A program made the translations under genes and the position numbers. A stretch of 63,698 nt of DNA, filler included, from Intoshia linei (Eukaryota > Animalia > Orthonectida), in assembly GCA_001642005.1 (NCBI GenBank). It is 7 parts of 7 records of this genome, joined end to end, with 100 filler letters (N's around TTAATTAATTAA, not from the genome) between each part and the next. Parts side by side here need not be neighbours in the genome. Positions count along the whole stretch, not along the records: positions 50,855 to 56,329 come from LWCA01001802.1; positions 56,430 to 61,262 come from LWCA01001858.1; positions 61,363 to 62,413 come from LWCA01002839.1; positions 62,514 to 63,698 come from LWCA01002740.1; 3 more parts are not named here. One strand, written 5' to 3'. The notes beneath the pieces were generated by a model that saw only the letters and a list, made by a program, of their open reading frames with translations, made no database searches and had not been told where the DNA came from. This document shows positions 52,175-63,698 of this stretch, piece by piece. The number at the start of each line of letters is the position of its first letter. Within the stretch, counting starts at the first letter, position 1.

Positions 52175-53419
52175 CCTTAATGAAATAACTAAAATAACCG
52201 ACTTTGATTATAATTGGTTATTATTATAATTATTATATTTTAATTATAAATTTATTTGTCATATCAACGAGTAATATTTCAAAAATAGACTTCAAATAAC
52301 TTGAAATGAAGTACAGTAAAACCTCCATTCTCCAAATCTCCATTTTGGGCGAATAACGGAAGTTATACTGCTACATAAGTCGTTGACATAAAAAACACCC
52401 GTTTACAAGAGGGTGATATATATTTTCCTTTTTTATGGCTGGATTCAGTTAAAATGACATTATCCAAAAAATATAGTGAATTACAGAGTGAGCGTATTTT
52501 CATTGAACATACTCTTCTTAATAATTTATAGTTAATTAATAGTTTATAAAAAAAGTTACAAGTAAAAGATTATTAATGAATTATAAAAAATGAAAATTTG
52601 TGGGTTTTTAATTATTATTATGTATGAAATATATAAATTATAGATTAACATTAAAAACCCAATAATACATGTATTGGGGTATTTAACCCTATGAGATTAT
52701 TCATTTCTTGTCAATATATGTCAACATTTTTGTATTTTTGAAGGCAAAAAAATATAAAAGTATCCTGCATATTCTCAACAAATTTAATTTCACAGACACA
52801 ATGTATAACTTACTTTGATAGTTTTTGAATCAATGAAAGTTTAGAATCAATTTATTGGATAAAGAATCAGTGGACTTAGCCGTTCAAATGATATGTTTCA
52901 TAAACATTTTCTGATTCGATGTTCATTAAATATTAACTAATTTATCTACAATACATATAAATCTACAAAAATCGAAATTAATATCAGAAAACTGCGTGAT
53001 TGAAAATAAGTATACCATGTTAAGTGCATGCATGTATACCAACGTATCAAACTCATAAAATTTTACGATGTACATTGTAAAATACTAAATTGACTGTAAT
53101 GTACTACATACAAACAGCACCTAGCTCTGCTGAGGGCACATTTTTATTATACCAAAAAAATAAATTCACGTTGAAAATCTAACTTCAAAATCCTATTATT
53201 CACTGTTATCAATCCTTTAAAAGAGGGTTCCCAAAATTGTTTCAGGTAAAACAATCATTATACATTATGTTTTACTTTAAAGTAAAATATTTCATCTTAA
53301 TTTAGTTTTGTTAACATTTGTGTAAGGAATTTAAAAACAATTGCTATCCCATTTTTTAATATATTAGACAGAATGTGTGTATAATATTAAAAATAAAGAA
53401 AAAACAGTTTAATCCTAAA

Positions 53420-54192
53420 ATTTGTATTCAAAATATTTTAAAAATAAGAATTTGAAATTTAAAAATTGCGTAGCAATAAAAAAAATTTTGAACGAATGAA
53501 TTATATAGATTTTTACCCATATTTCTTTTTTGGAAATGTGTATACATTCAATACACTTAATTTTTGAAATTGTAGGATCAATATTTACATTTTCAATTTT
53601 TATTTTAATAGAAATATTTGAAAAATATTGGTTGATAATATATTAAAAATTATTTTTTATTGGGAATGCGAAGATTTCTCGGGTTGAACTTTTGTATTTA
53701 TATCAACTGGAATAAGCTCTATTAGAAAAAATTTTTTTTTTAATTTTCAAACCGTTAATTATTTCACATTTTTTGTTTTAATAAAATTTTTCGGGAAAAA
53801 ATATATGAATACTAAAATGTTTTTTTGACCTTGAATTCGTTACTTATTCGAATTGAAATGTTTTTATGTGTGTTAACAGGATACAACTGTACCACCTGTA
53901 AATTTGTTGAAATTATAGGGCTGTTTTCATTAAAAAAAAAAGGATAATGTCGGGTTTTGGCTTTCAAGATATAATTTTTTTAAATTCTCCAACTCGTTTG
54001 ATTTTCAAAAAGCGGAATAACTGAGGTTTTTGACCCGTAAGATGTGAAATTGGGAGGTTGAAATTATGTTTGCGCACACCCCGGATAAAAATGTAATTGA
54101 AATATGGACTTTATAAAATTCTAATACGGGTAGTTATTTAAATAAAGCTGAACACATACACTCACACAAACAAAAATAGCATAACATTATAT
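53420..54192 (-). mobile_element. Family A Helitron-like copy
   Basis: Colinear with 10170-10940. Confidence 0.65.
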
Positions 54193-54819
54193 ACAGTGGA
54201 TAAAATTTTTCAAAACTAAAAAATATCGTTTTTACTCGAATGTACTCGGAACAACTTAATTTAACTGTTGACAACTCCATACAACTTTGAACAATTCCGT
54301 TTTCAATTGAAATGACATTAAATTATTTAAATNGTAACACACACACAAACAAATATTGCATAACATACTATATAAGTAAGGACTATCTTACAATGGATAA
54401 AATTGTTCAAAACTCAATAATATCGTTTTTACTCTAATGTACTCGGAACAACTTAATTTAACTGTTGACAACTATACAAATTTGAAAAATTTCGTTTTCA
54501 GTTGAAATGACATTAAATTATTTAAATATCTGTCAAGCCGAGATGTATGACATACAACTTAATTTTAATTATACTATTTGTGTTTTCACATGTTTTTTTT
54601 CATAATTTAATGTTTTACAACAGATGTTAAATTAAATTTTATAATTTACACTCACGCGAAATAGATAATTGAAAATTCAAGCTATAGACTACAATTTATT
54701 TTTGATTTACATTGTTAGAAAAATATTTTTTTATAAAAAGTATACCGTGCTATTTATTTGGTAATATGAATATTTAATATAAATTATATACATTTATAGT
54801 TCTAATACCCAACCCTAAT

Positions 54820-55180
54820 CGATCCTTATTGAATAGCGTTTTGAGAGCTATTGAAGAGGGAGAAGATGCAATTGAAAATGTGGATATTGTTGACAACATA
54901 GAAATTGATTTCAGTGGTCCTATTTATAAATTTGTTTCAGAGAATCCTGCCTTTTTGGATATTACCGGATTTTATAAAATGAAACTGGAACTACTGTATC
55001 ACAGTTTAATTGGATTCCTAGTTGACCATAAAAGACGAGGTCCTTCGCTTTGATGATTTTCCCAACGTTGCTTTGTTGGGGGACTCTACAACAGTATGAA
55101 TCCAAAAACCATGCAATGGCGTAGTCAACCATAAATTATATTGGGATGAAAAAAATGGAACATATGATTAAAAGCTTAAA
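54820..55180 (+). pseudogene. Internally deleted PIF/Harbinger-ISL2EU-type (DDE_Tnp_4-like) transposase relic
   Basis: ORF 54829-55053 (FLDITGF...LY..L....RRGP, HTH_Tnp_4-like) is followed after a frame change by FDDFPNVALLGDSTTV*IQKP...KLYWDEKNGTYD*K, matching the first-catalytic-Asp motif FPxxxxxxDxTxxxIQKP. Confidence 0.6.
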
Positions 55181-56803
55181 TTTCGAGTTTTGTAAAAAAA
55201 TAATTGAAAATTCCCATTCAAGAATTTAAAAATACCTCCTATGTAAGATTTGGTATAAAAATTATCCTTCAAGGGTTTGGTCAAAAATATGTTCATAATA
55301 TGCAATTTTAGACTTATTTACCGTTTCCTGTTGTGAAATGTTAATGTTGAAAAATTTCCAACCTTTCCAAATCTAAACAACGACCAAATAAGTTTAAAAA
55401 ATTAAATCATTTCATAAAATATTGATCTAATTCGTAGAAATCAATCCGACGGTTTTAATAAATTGATAATAAAAATACTGACCATTATATTTATTAGGTG
55501 GATAATCTCACAAATTGTCATTTGCATAGTAGTTTTATAATACTTTTAACTGTATACGATTGAGTAAGAATTGACTATTGACTAAAAATAGTTGGATTTA
55601 AGTAGACACCCTTATAAAATTATCAGTAGTATAAAAATTCCTTTATTTTATAAATCAAGCACAGTCTGGGACATTATTTCCACACACCCTTTTTATATAT
55701 TGTAATAAAACATTGAATTATTTCGATTAAAGAGGTATAATTATGAGAATGTGCTTTATTTCAACGACTACAGATTACATTTAATTTTATAATAATTCAA
55801 TTGGAAAAATCAGATTCTTACCCCATTGATTTTTAATCTTTGCAAGTGGAACTGGCTCAAAGTATTAAAACCAATGGTGAACCACTGTAATAGACGTTAC
55901 ATATTGATCAGCACGAACGCACTGCAGCGATAAATTCAATTTGACTAGATTCATAATGATACGTACATGTTATTAAATTTGAATCTCATGTAAAATATTT
56001 AATACAGTCCTCTATGCTTTTCGACAGTTGAGTGATATCTATGTCTAATAATTTACGAAAGAATCGTTTAAAATACAATACAGAAAATAAATGTTACCTA
56101 AAGTGACCCAAAAAAATTATATTCTATAAACGTAAATTTAAGTTTTTAACTGCGGGTTCAACATAAACTTATAAGTTTATATCAATTTAGTTTGTTTACA
56201 TTCAATCAAATAATTATTGTGTATTTAGTATCTACATTAGGTGAAAAACCTAAAATGCATTTTTATGCGCTGATTACGATTATGTATACATTATATGTTT
56301 TAATTAAGATTTTCTTCGCCTATTTTTTANNNNNNNNNNNNNNNNNNNNNNNNNNNNNNNNNNNNNNNNNNNNTTAATTAATTAANNNNNNNNNNNNNNN
56401 NNNNNNNNNNNNNNNNNNNNNNNNNNNNNTTATTATATATATTATATTATTATTATTATAAAATTATATTAGATAATATAATTATTTTAGGTGAAATCAT
56501 TACTCATACACCCAATAAACCAATAGTTATCAACAGTCGAAACAGAGACATTGTGATTCATCCTGAAAACGAAAAAAATTTACCTCAAAATCTTACCGCA
56601 ATTCTACATTTATCCATAAAGGTATTTTTAAAATTTGCATATAAAACAGTTATTTAGTGTTATAATTATTGCAATTCCATCAATGAATTATTTTCAAACA
56701 AAATTATACCAAATAGCAAATCAAACATACAATTTCCCATTATTATAGGCAGAAAACCAAAATAGAATTTAACTTGTATATTTACTGATTAAATGTAATT
56801 TGT

Positions 56804-59800
56804 CTACATTCTTTCCAATGTATTTATATTTAAGATTTCGAAACATTTTTTCATGACTTTCAAAGTAGCTTTAACTAGCAGCAAACGTTCTATGTTAATC
56901 GTTTTTTCATCTATACTGTGATATAAACATAACATAAATAATAACTTGATTCTTTGTCTATTTCTGTGATGTAACATGCATCGTAGAAATTTGTAAAAAC
57001 AGTAGAAAGCTCATAAATATATTCACATAAAATATGCATCATAAAATTTTCAATAATTTTGCTTATAGTTTCAGGAAATCTAATTAAAATTTTAGATAGT
57101 TTCATCTCCAACGGGTGATCCAATTTTAACGTCGTAATTCTGCTAAATTGTTCAATTTCTGATTCAGAGTATTTTGTATTTCTTATAATCGAACTATACA
57201 AGCAAAATTTCAACATTAAAAATAAAGTAATACCATATTCTGGCATAGGCATATAAAAGATATAAAGCTGTGTTCCCTTTGTCTTCAAGCATCTAGTATA
57301 AAATGACTAATATCAACTAAATAATTCACTCTATCATATGAAAAAACGTAGTCTTTAGTACGTGTTTGACTGAGGTCTGCATATTTTATACAACCATAAG
57401 CTATGCTGTCACAGATATTGTCAAATTCTTCTTTTTTTATTTTCTAAATGCAATTGTAAAAGAATTTAAAATGCTAACATCATTTATTGGTTTAGTTTCC
57501 AATTTTTCTCTTGCCTTTTTTACGCCTTCATCTAATAAATCATTCAATTTTGTAGTTTCTCCAGATCGAGTTTTCAATCGTTTACTAAGATAAATGTTAA
57601 AATTAAGTTAATAAAATAAAAATCACTTGTCAGATCCACATACTACTCCAAAACCGACATGTTGAAATGTAACACCATTATTAAGCTTTGCGTATCCTGC
57701 CTTTGTGGCCAATTTAAAAATTCCTTTCATATGATTCTCCTACATTAATATATATTTAAATTAATGCGATAACCTGTCCGGAATCTATAACGTAAATTAA
57801 ATGATTTCCCTTTAATACTTGGATTCTGTAATGTACACATGCAATATCTGATGTATCATAAGTATACCCACCGTCAGATTTAACAATTGTCAGTGGAGGT
57901 GTTTCATCGTCAAACAAAGAAATTATTCTTCCATCATTTTGTTGAGTTAATCCTAACTTGTTAAAAAAATAAATTACTCAACATACCTTTCTGTTCTAAA
58001 TCTTTAACGATATTAATCATTTTTTTTTGATAAAACGATTCTCCCATTTCCTGTAAATCGTATACAGAGAGTCGACGGTAAATTTTGTTAAATTCTACGT
58101 ATTATTGTAGAAAAAGTGATAATTACAGAAATACCGATTCTGGAAATTTCACATATATTTTTCCAAATTTTGATATATTCTGGATTATAAGACTGTAATT
58201 GTACCACATCTTGTTTTGCTTTAATTTTAAATTCATTGTCACCATCGAAGCGAATTTTGGACTCCTTTGTCAAACAGTTCAATATAATTATAAAAATGAT
58301 AAAACCTTATATAAAGACATAAGCGTGGATATACCAGGTAGCTTATCTACATATTGAGGATATTTGTCCCGCAAGTGAGCAATGAGCATACCAAACTGTG
58401 TACCCCAATCTCCAACATGGTTGATTTTTTTAACATTGTTACCACAAAATGCCAGCAATATGGAAATACTGTCTCCGATTATCGTTGATCTATTTATTAA
58501 AAAATAGTTGTGTAAATTTTCAATTGACAGTGTACAAGGTAGGGCACATTTCCCTAGTCATTTTAGTTCAATTTATTTATACAACTATTACCATTCCTTT
58601 TTCAGAATAATTTAGAACATTTTACTAAAAAAAAACACTTTTTAGTGTAATGAAAAAATTACTAACAGTGACTTATATATTAATTGAAAATTTCAGTATA
58701 TTAAAATACCTCAAGTGACCAACATGCATCTCTTTGGCAATATTTGGTGAAGACATATCAATAATTACATTAGTACGTTTTAATCCAAATGGAGGTCTCA
58801 CTCCATAGATTAAAATATCTTTTACATATTTTTTCACGCATTCTTTGCTTATTTTTATATTTATAAAACCATATCCACTTATTTCGACCTAATTTGAATA
58901 CAAATATATTTAAAACTAATACCGAATCGACAATATATGATGATGGTACATTTTCAATAATTTTTTTAGCTACGACATTGGGATTTATAACAGTGCATCC
59001 ATTGTTTTTTAAATGTTTAATAATTTTTTCATTCTAAAAAACTTTCATATAATACCAGATTGGACATTTTCAACTCCTTACAGTCGGTAGCTAGCTCTAC
59101 CGAGGACGTATTTCCAGGTATATTTCATTTATGTTAAATGTTAGCAATTGTGTAATAATAGAAACCAATTTCTGATACTGAAACCAATAATGATTGAATA
59201 TTTTATATTGAAATATATACAAAAAAGTGTTTTTTTAGTCGTGAAGGTTAATTTTGGTTTTTGACCGTGAAGATGCAAATTTGTGAGATTTAAAGTTACG
59301 TTAATTTAGCGCCGGTAAAAAATGAAATAAAAATATTTTTTTAAATTTATGGGATTCTCAATTTTCTAAATAAAGTTACAAGCACACATTTTAAAAAACT
59401 TTTACTTCATATAAGTATCGATTTTTGAAAGTATACCTTACATAGAGTAAACGCAGAGCTACATTGATAATCCGCATATAAAGGTCTCTTTGATTTATCA
59501 GCACATCGATTAATAATAGCAAATGACTTGAAGTCTAGGAAAGGAAATGCCAAATTAATAGCCATATCTAAATATTTATGCAAATGGAGCAAAATGTTAA
59601 CGCTGAAATTCGAAACATATGACTTTTCTTTCTCCAAAACCTTCGTTGGATTTAGATTAGTGTAAACAGAAATTACATTTTTTAAATGCTCTTCTCGGTA
59701 TTGTAATCTAGTAATATTATCTTCAATGGTATCCTGGTCAATATCGTCTTTTATATCTTCTTTTTTTATATTGAGCTTAGCTACATTCTCCTCCTTAACA

Positions 59801-59894
59801 AAAAATGTATAGAAATATTTGAATCTTCACTTACATGCATTTTTATTCGGGTTTCCATTTTTTCGACTTGATTTCTAATTTTTACCTCGTCCAT
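56804..59894 (-). CDS. RARS1: Arginyl-tRNA synthetase, cytoplasmic
   Basis: ATG 59894; N-terminal leucine-zipper-like extension ([14 protein letters not shown]); ADYQC; [17 protein letters not shown]|STIIGD (HIGH motif); [17 protein letters not shown]; [18 protein letters not shown]; KTRSGET; [10 protein letters not shown]; [14 protein letters not shown]; ends LERM* at 56804. Confidence 0.97.
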
Positions 59895-61212
59895 GTTTAT
59901 TCAATAAACTAAGATTCTTTTTGATTTTGAATCAGGCTGCTTAATCAGTCTTAATTACAATATAATTATTATAAGTTAGTAACTATCACTTCCGTTATGC
60001 ATAAATTATATAATTAATTATATTCTATGACTCATTATGATACAAATTTTCGTAATACTACAACAGATCTCCAAATGGGGTTAACAGCTTTAAACTTTAG
60101 GGAAATTGTTTTGTGGTACCAGCTCGTCTGATATTATGACTCACACTTTAGGATTCATAGATTATAAATATTTTTAAAATTCCCAAAATAATTGAAATTA
60201 AAATTAATTTGTAATAATAGTTCAAAATAGTTAACTTAGATCTTTATGTATTTACTTTGTTGATACGTAGCCTCTGTGACTTTAAGATTCCATATTAAAC
60301 ATATGCACATTGTACAATGTACCTCTCTATTCTGTCAGTTCATTGATTAACGATGTTTGATGCATTTTTGGTGAAGTAGAGTTTAACTATTATAAAATTT
60401 TAATACTATTTTTTTAAATCATATGGCATCATAGTTGCACTAAATATAAATTATTATAGTGTTACGAAAATTTTTTTGAGTGTAAGGTACCAACTGTAAA
60501 GTATTAAGTAGTAGGAGAGGAGAGATACATTTTATTTTATTCAAAACAACGTATATTCCAAATTCAAGTTGTTCATTTTTAAATTGACTCTCTCTGAGTA
60601 ACAAGTTGGTATATGTAACATCTTGGTATGCGACATTAATTTCTATAATACCGGTTTATATTAAAATATTTATAATTTTAAATTAAGAATTTAACTCATT
60701 TTAATCAAATTTTTTTTTAAACATTTTAAACTTTTGGCGGTAATGAGAAATTTTCTAGTAAGTTTGTTATAAAATTGAAATATAGTGGCGGTATTGAGAG
60801 CTGTTTTTATTTATTCACTCGTGTTAAACTTAAGCCTTAGGTTAAGTTTTATTATCGTCAAACAATTCTGTAGATTATTGGTGTCTAGAAAATTGTCACA
60901 AATTCTATAATTTTTATAATATACATTTAATTTGAAATATTATTTTATACATTTACTAGTAATAAATTATTACGTTATGTGCTTTAGTGATTGTTTATCG
61001 TTATTTTAAAACCAAATAACTGTGTAGTGATATATCGCATATCACATATATTATCTATTATATATTATATATACTCTACACACTGAGTAATATTTTCTCA
61101 NNNNNNNNNNNNNNNTTGCTAAAATATAAATAAATAAATTATATATTATTGAGAAGATACTGTATATATAAACATAATGAAAATGGTAATTGCATTTTTA
61201 AATTTGATTATA

Positions 61213-61262
61213 TTAGGTCGTTTCATAAGTAATGTCGTTTTTTTAACAAAATTAAAAAGTTT
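61213..61262. mobile_element. Mariner-type terminal inverted repeat (left end) running into a linker
   Basis: TA|ttaggtcgtttcataagtaatgtcg; reverse complement of 50855-50904. Confidence 0.75.
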
Positions 61263-61362
61263 NNNNNNNNNNNNNNNNNNNNNNNNNNNNNNNNNNNNNN
61301 NNNNNNTTAATTAATTAANNNNNNNNNNNNNNNNNNNNNNNNNNNNNNNNNNNNNNNNNNNN

Positions 61363-62413
61363 AAATAATTTATGTGTTTTATAAAGTGTATTATAGTTAA
61401 ATTTTATATTAAATTTTTGTAACACATTAATTAAATTATATTTCATATTTTTTACTTTCTATTAAACAGTAATATTACTTTTTGATTGATAAATTTCAAT
61501 TCGTAAATGATTTATGTGTTATATTATAATGTGTATTATAATTAAATTTTATATCAATTTTGTGTTACACATTATTCAAATTATATTTTATATTTTTTAC
61601 CTTTTTTATAACAGTAATATTACTTATTGATTGATACAATTTAAATCGTAAATACTTTATGTGTTTTATACTATGTATTATAATTAAATTTTATATTTAA
61701 TTTTTGTAACACATTATTCAAATTATATTTCATATTTTTTACCTTATATTAAACAGTATTATTACTTATTAATTGATAAAATTTAAATCGTAAATAATTT
61801 ATGTGTTATAATATGTGTATTATAATTAAATTGTATATCAAATTTGTTTCACATTATGTATATAACTTTTTATATTTCGTACCAGCTATTAATCAGTAAT
61901 ATTATAAATAATTTATGTGTTATACTATAATGTGTATTATAATTAAATTTTATATTAAATTTGTGTTACACATTATTTAAATTACATTTTATATTTTTTA
62001 CCTTCTATTAAACAGTAATATTACTTTTTAAGTAATAAAATTTAAATCGTATATAATTTATGTGTTTTATAAAATGTATTATAGTTAAATTGTATATTAA
62101 ATTTGTGTCACATATTATTTAAATAATATTTTATATTTGATACGTCTTATTAAAATGTAACATTACTTATAATTTGATAAAATTTGAATCGTAAATAATT
62201 TATGTGTTTTATACAGTGTATTTTATTTCAATTTTATATTAAATTTTTGTCACATTATTTAAATAATATTTTTTATTTTTTATTAGCTTATAAACGGTAA
62301 TGTTACTAATCATTTAATAAATTTCAAATCGTAAATGATTTATGTGCTATATTATAAAATGTATTATAATTAAATATTATATTAATTTTGTGTTACACAT
62401 TATTTAAATTATA
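61363..62413. repeat. AT-rich tandem satellite, ~140-145-bp unit, ~7.5 diverged copies, linkers on both sides
   Basis: The unit aaataatttatgtgtt...acacattat...aacagtaatattac...aatcgt recurs at ~61363, 61505, 61650, 61792, 61906 (after a shortened unit), 62051, 62193 and 62333. Confidence 0.92.
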
Positions 62414-63547
62414 NNNNNNNNNNNNNNNNNNNNNNNNNNNNNNNNNNNNNNNNNNNNTTAATTAATTAANNNNNNNNNNNNNNNNNNNNNNNNNNNNNNN
62501 NNNNNNNNNNNNNTTTACATTTAAATACATAAATTTATTTTTTATATCTTAAAATATTTACTATTTTATTCACATTAACAATGATACCATTTTCATGTTA
62601 AAAATAGGCGAAGGAAATTACAAAACTAGATAAAATTTAATCGGTAATTGTGTTTCTAAATTACATTTTGAACGCTCAGTAAAATATACTTTTGTTAATT
62701 TAACGGAAAGTTTAAAAAGTGGACACCCTAATGTAAACACATTCTGTCTAATAAATTAAAGAAGTGGGATGACAATTTTCTTAAAAATTTTTTATGCAAA
62801 TGTTAACAAAACAAAATTAAGATGAAATAATTAAGTTTATATTAAAAGGTAATGTGATATAACGGTTCCACGCGAAATAAGTTTGGGAACCACTCCTTTA
62901 AAGGATTAATAATATTGAATAGCAGTATTTTTTAGGTAAGATTTTATTCAATTTACATTTTAGTAGAATTAAAAAACTATTCTCGGTAGAGCTAGCCACT
63001 GTTTGTACAAAATACATAACCGTCAAGCTAGTTCATTAAATATTTCATTATATATATAACGGTTATAACAACTTTACATTTGTAATTAAAGTATTTTATT
63101 TGTTGATTATTTGATAAAATATGATTGGTATAATATTATTAAATCTGTTCCTTTCATCTAATTTTGACACTGTCATTAATACGTTAATGTAATTATAAAA
63201 CACTGTATATTTTGATATCAATAGAAAACAATATAGCACGTCCTTTCATAAAATGAAAATATAGCACATTACATATAGCCTATAATATTTATCTATTTAT
63301 GACAAATGATATTTTGTGTAATAATTAGTTTCATACATGTAGTACTGGATGTGATATTTTCATTTTAATAATATTTAGCTGATTGAAACATTAAATTTGA
63401 AAGTCTGATCAATCTGCGATAAATTTTAAAAAAGTAAATTTTATAAATAAACATAAATATAGGAAGGTTCAATGAGGATATATCTAAATATATTTATATA
63501 TATAACTATAAATCTTGCGTAATAATTTATTAATTATTTTTTAGATT

Positions 63548-63698
63548 ATGAATTATTCAAGAAAAGTACAAGTAGTCACACCTAAAAACTCTAAATTTAG
63601 AGAAATGATACTATCTAGAGAGGGAGTTTTAATTCCGAAAAACGGGAGAGTTTCATCTAGAAATCGAATTACATCAATGTCGAGTAATAAAATTTGTG
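63548..63698 (+). CDS. Start of an unidentified coding exon, open to the window end
   Basis: After a pyrimidine-rich TTAG acceptor (63544) the frame MNYSRKVQVVTPKNSKFREMILSREGVLIPKNGRVSSRNRITSMSSNKIC is open and GC-richer than its flank. Confidence 0.5.
   Translation, partial: MNYSRKVQVVTPKNSKFREMILSREGVLIPKNGRVSSRNRITSMSSNKIC

Noticed and set aside
52860-52920. C/D snoRNA candidate (GAATCAG...CTGATTC stem)
   Set aside because: No convincing box C (RUGAUGA) on either strand.
54150-54530. Tandem ~190-bp duplication
   Set aside because: The junction is a single N at ~54333; probably an assembly or haplotype artefact.

Overview
Very AT-rich eukaryotic, almost certainly animal, genomic scaffold. 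It has many 30-50 nt GT-AG introns plus a few kb-sized transposon-filled introns, so the ORF track only catches fragments. This architecture resembles compact-genome parasitic metazoans such as orthonectids (inference only). By splicing manually I can recognise these genes: a MYPT/PPP1R12-type C-terminal coiled-coil/leucine-zipper protein (+), TIMM29 (-), cyclin C (-), the N-terminal part of an M1 aminopeptidase (-), OGFOD1 (-) head-to-head with LRPPRC (+), and cytoplasmic arginyl-tRNA synthetase (-). There are also four unidentified or partial genes. Intergenic and long-intron DNA is a mosaic of non-autonomous Helitron-like repeats, hAT MITEs with 8-bp TSDs, a TAGGGTG-ended (hATm-like) element, Tc1/mariner ends, a Harbinger/ISL2EU-type transposase relic and a ~142-bp satellite. 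Six 100-nt N44-TTAATTAATTAA-N44 blocks are artificial contig linkers. I found no CRISPR array, rRNA or tRNA, and no clearly new biological system. The best leads are the ankyrin-less MYPT-like gene (possibly sharing an exon with an upstream membrane-protein gene), the GC-rich structured island at 15.1-15.3 kb, and the aminopeptidase whose catalytic exons are not visible. All family assignments come from motif recognition by eye, not database searches.
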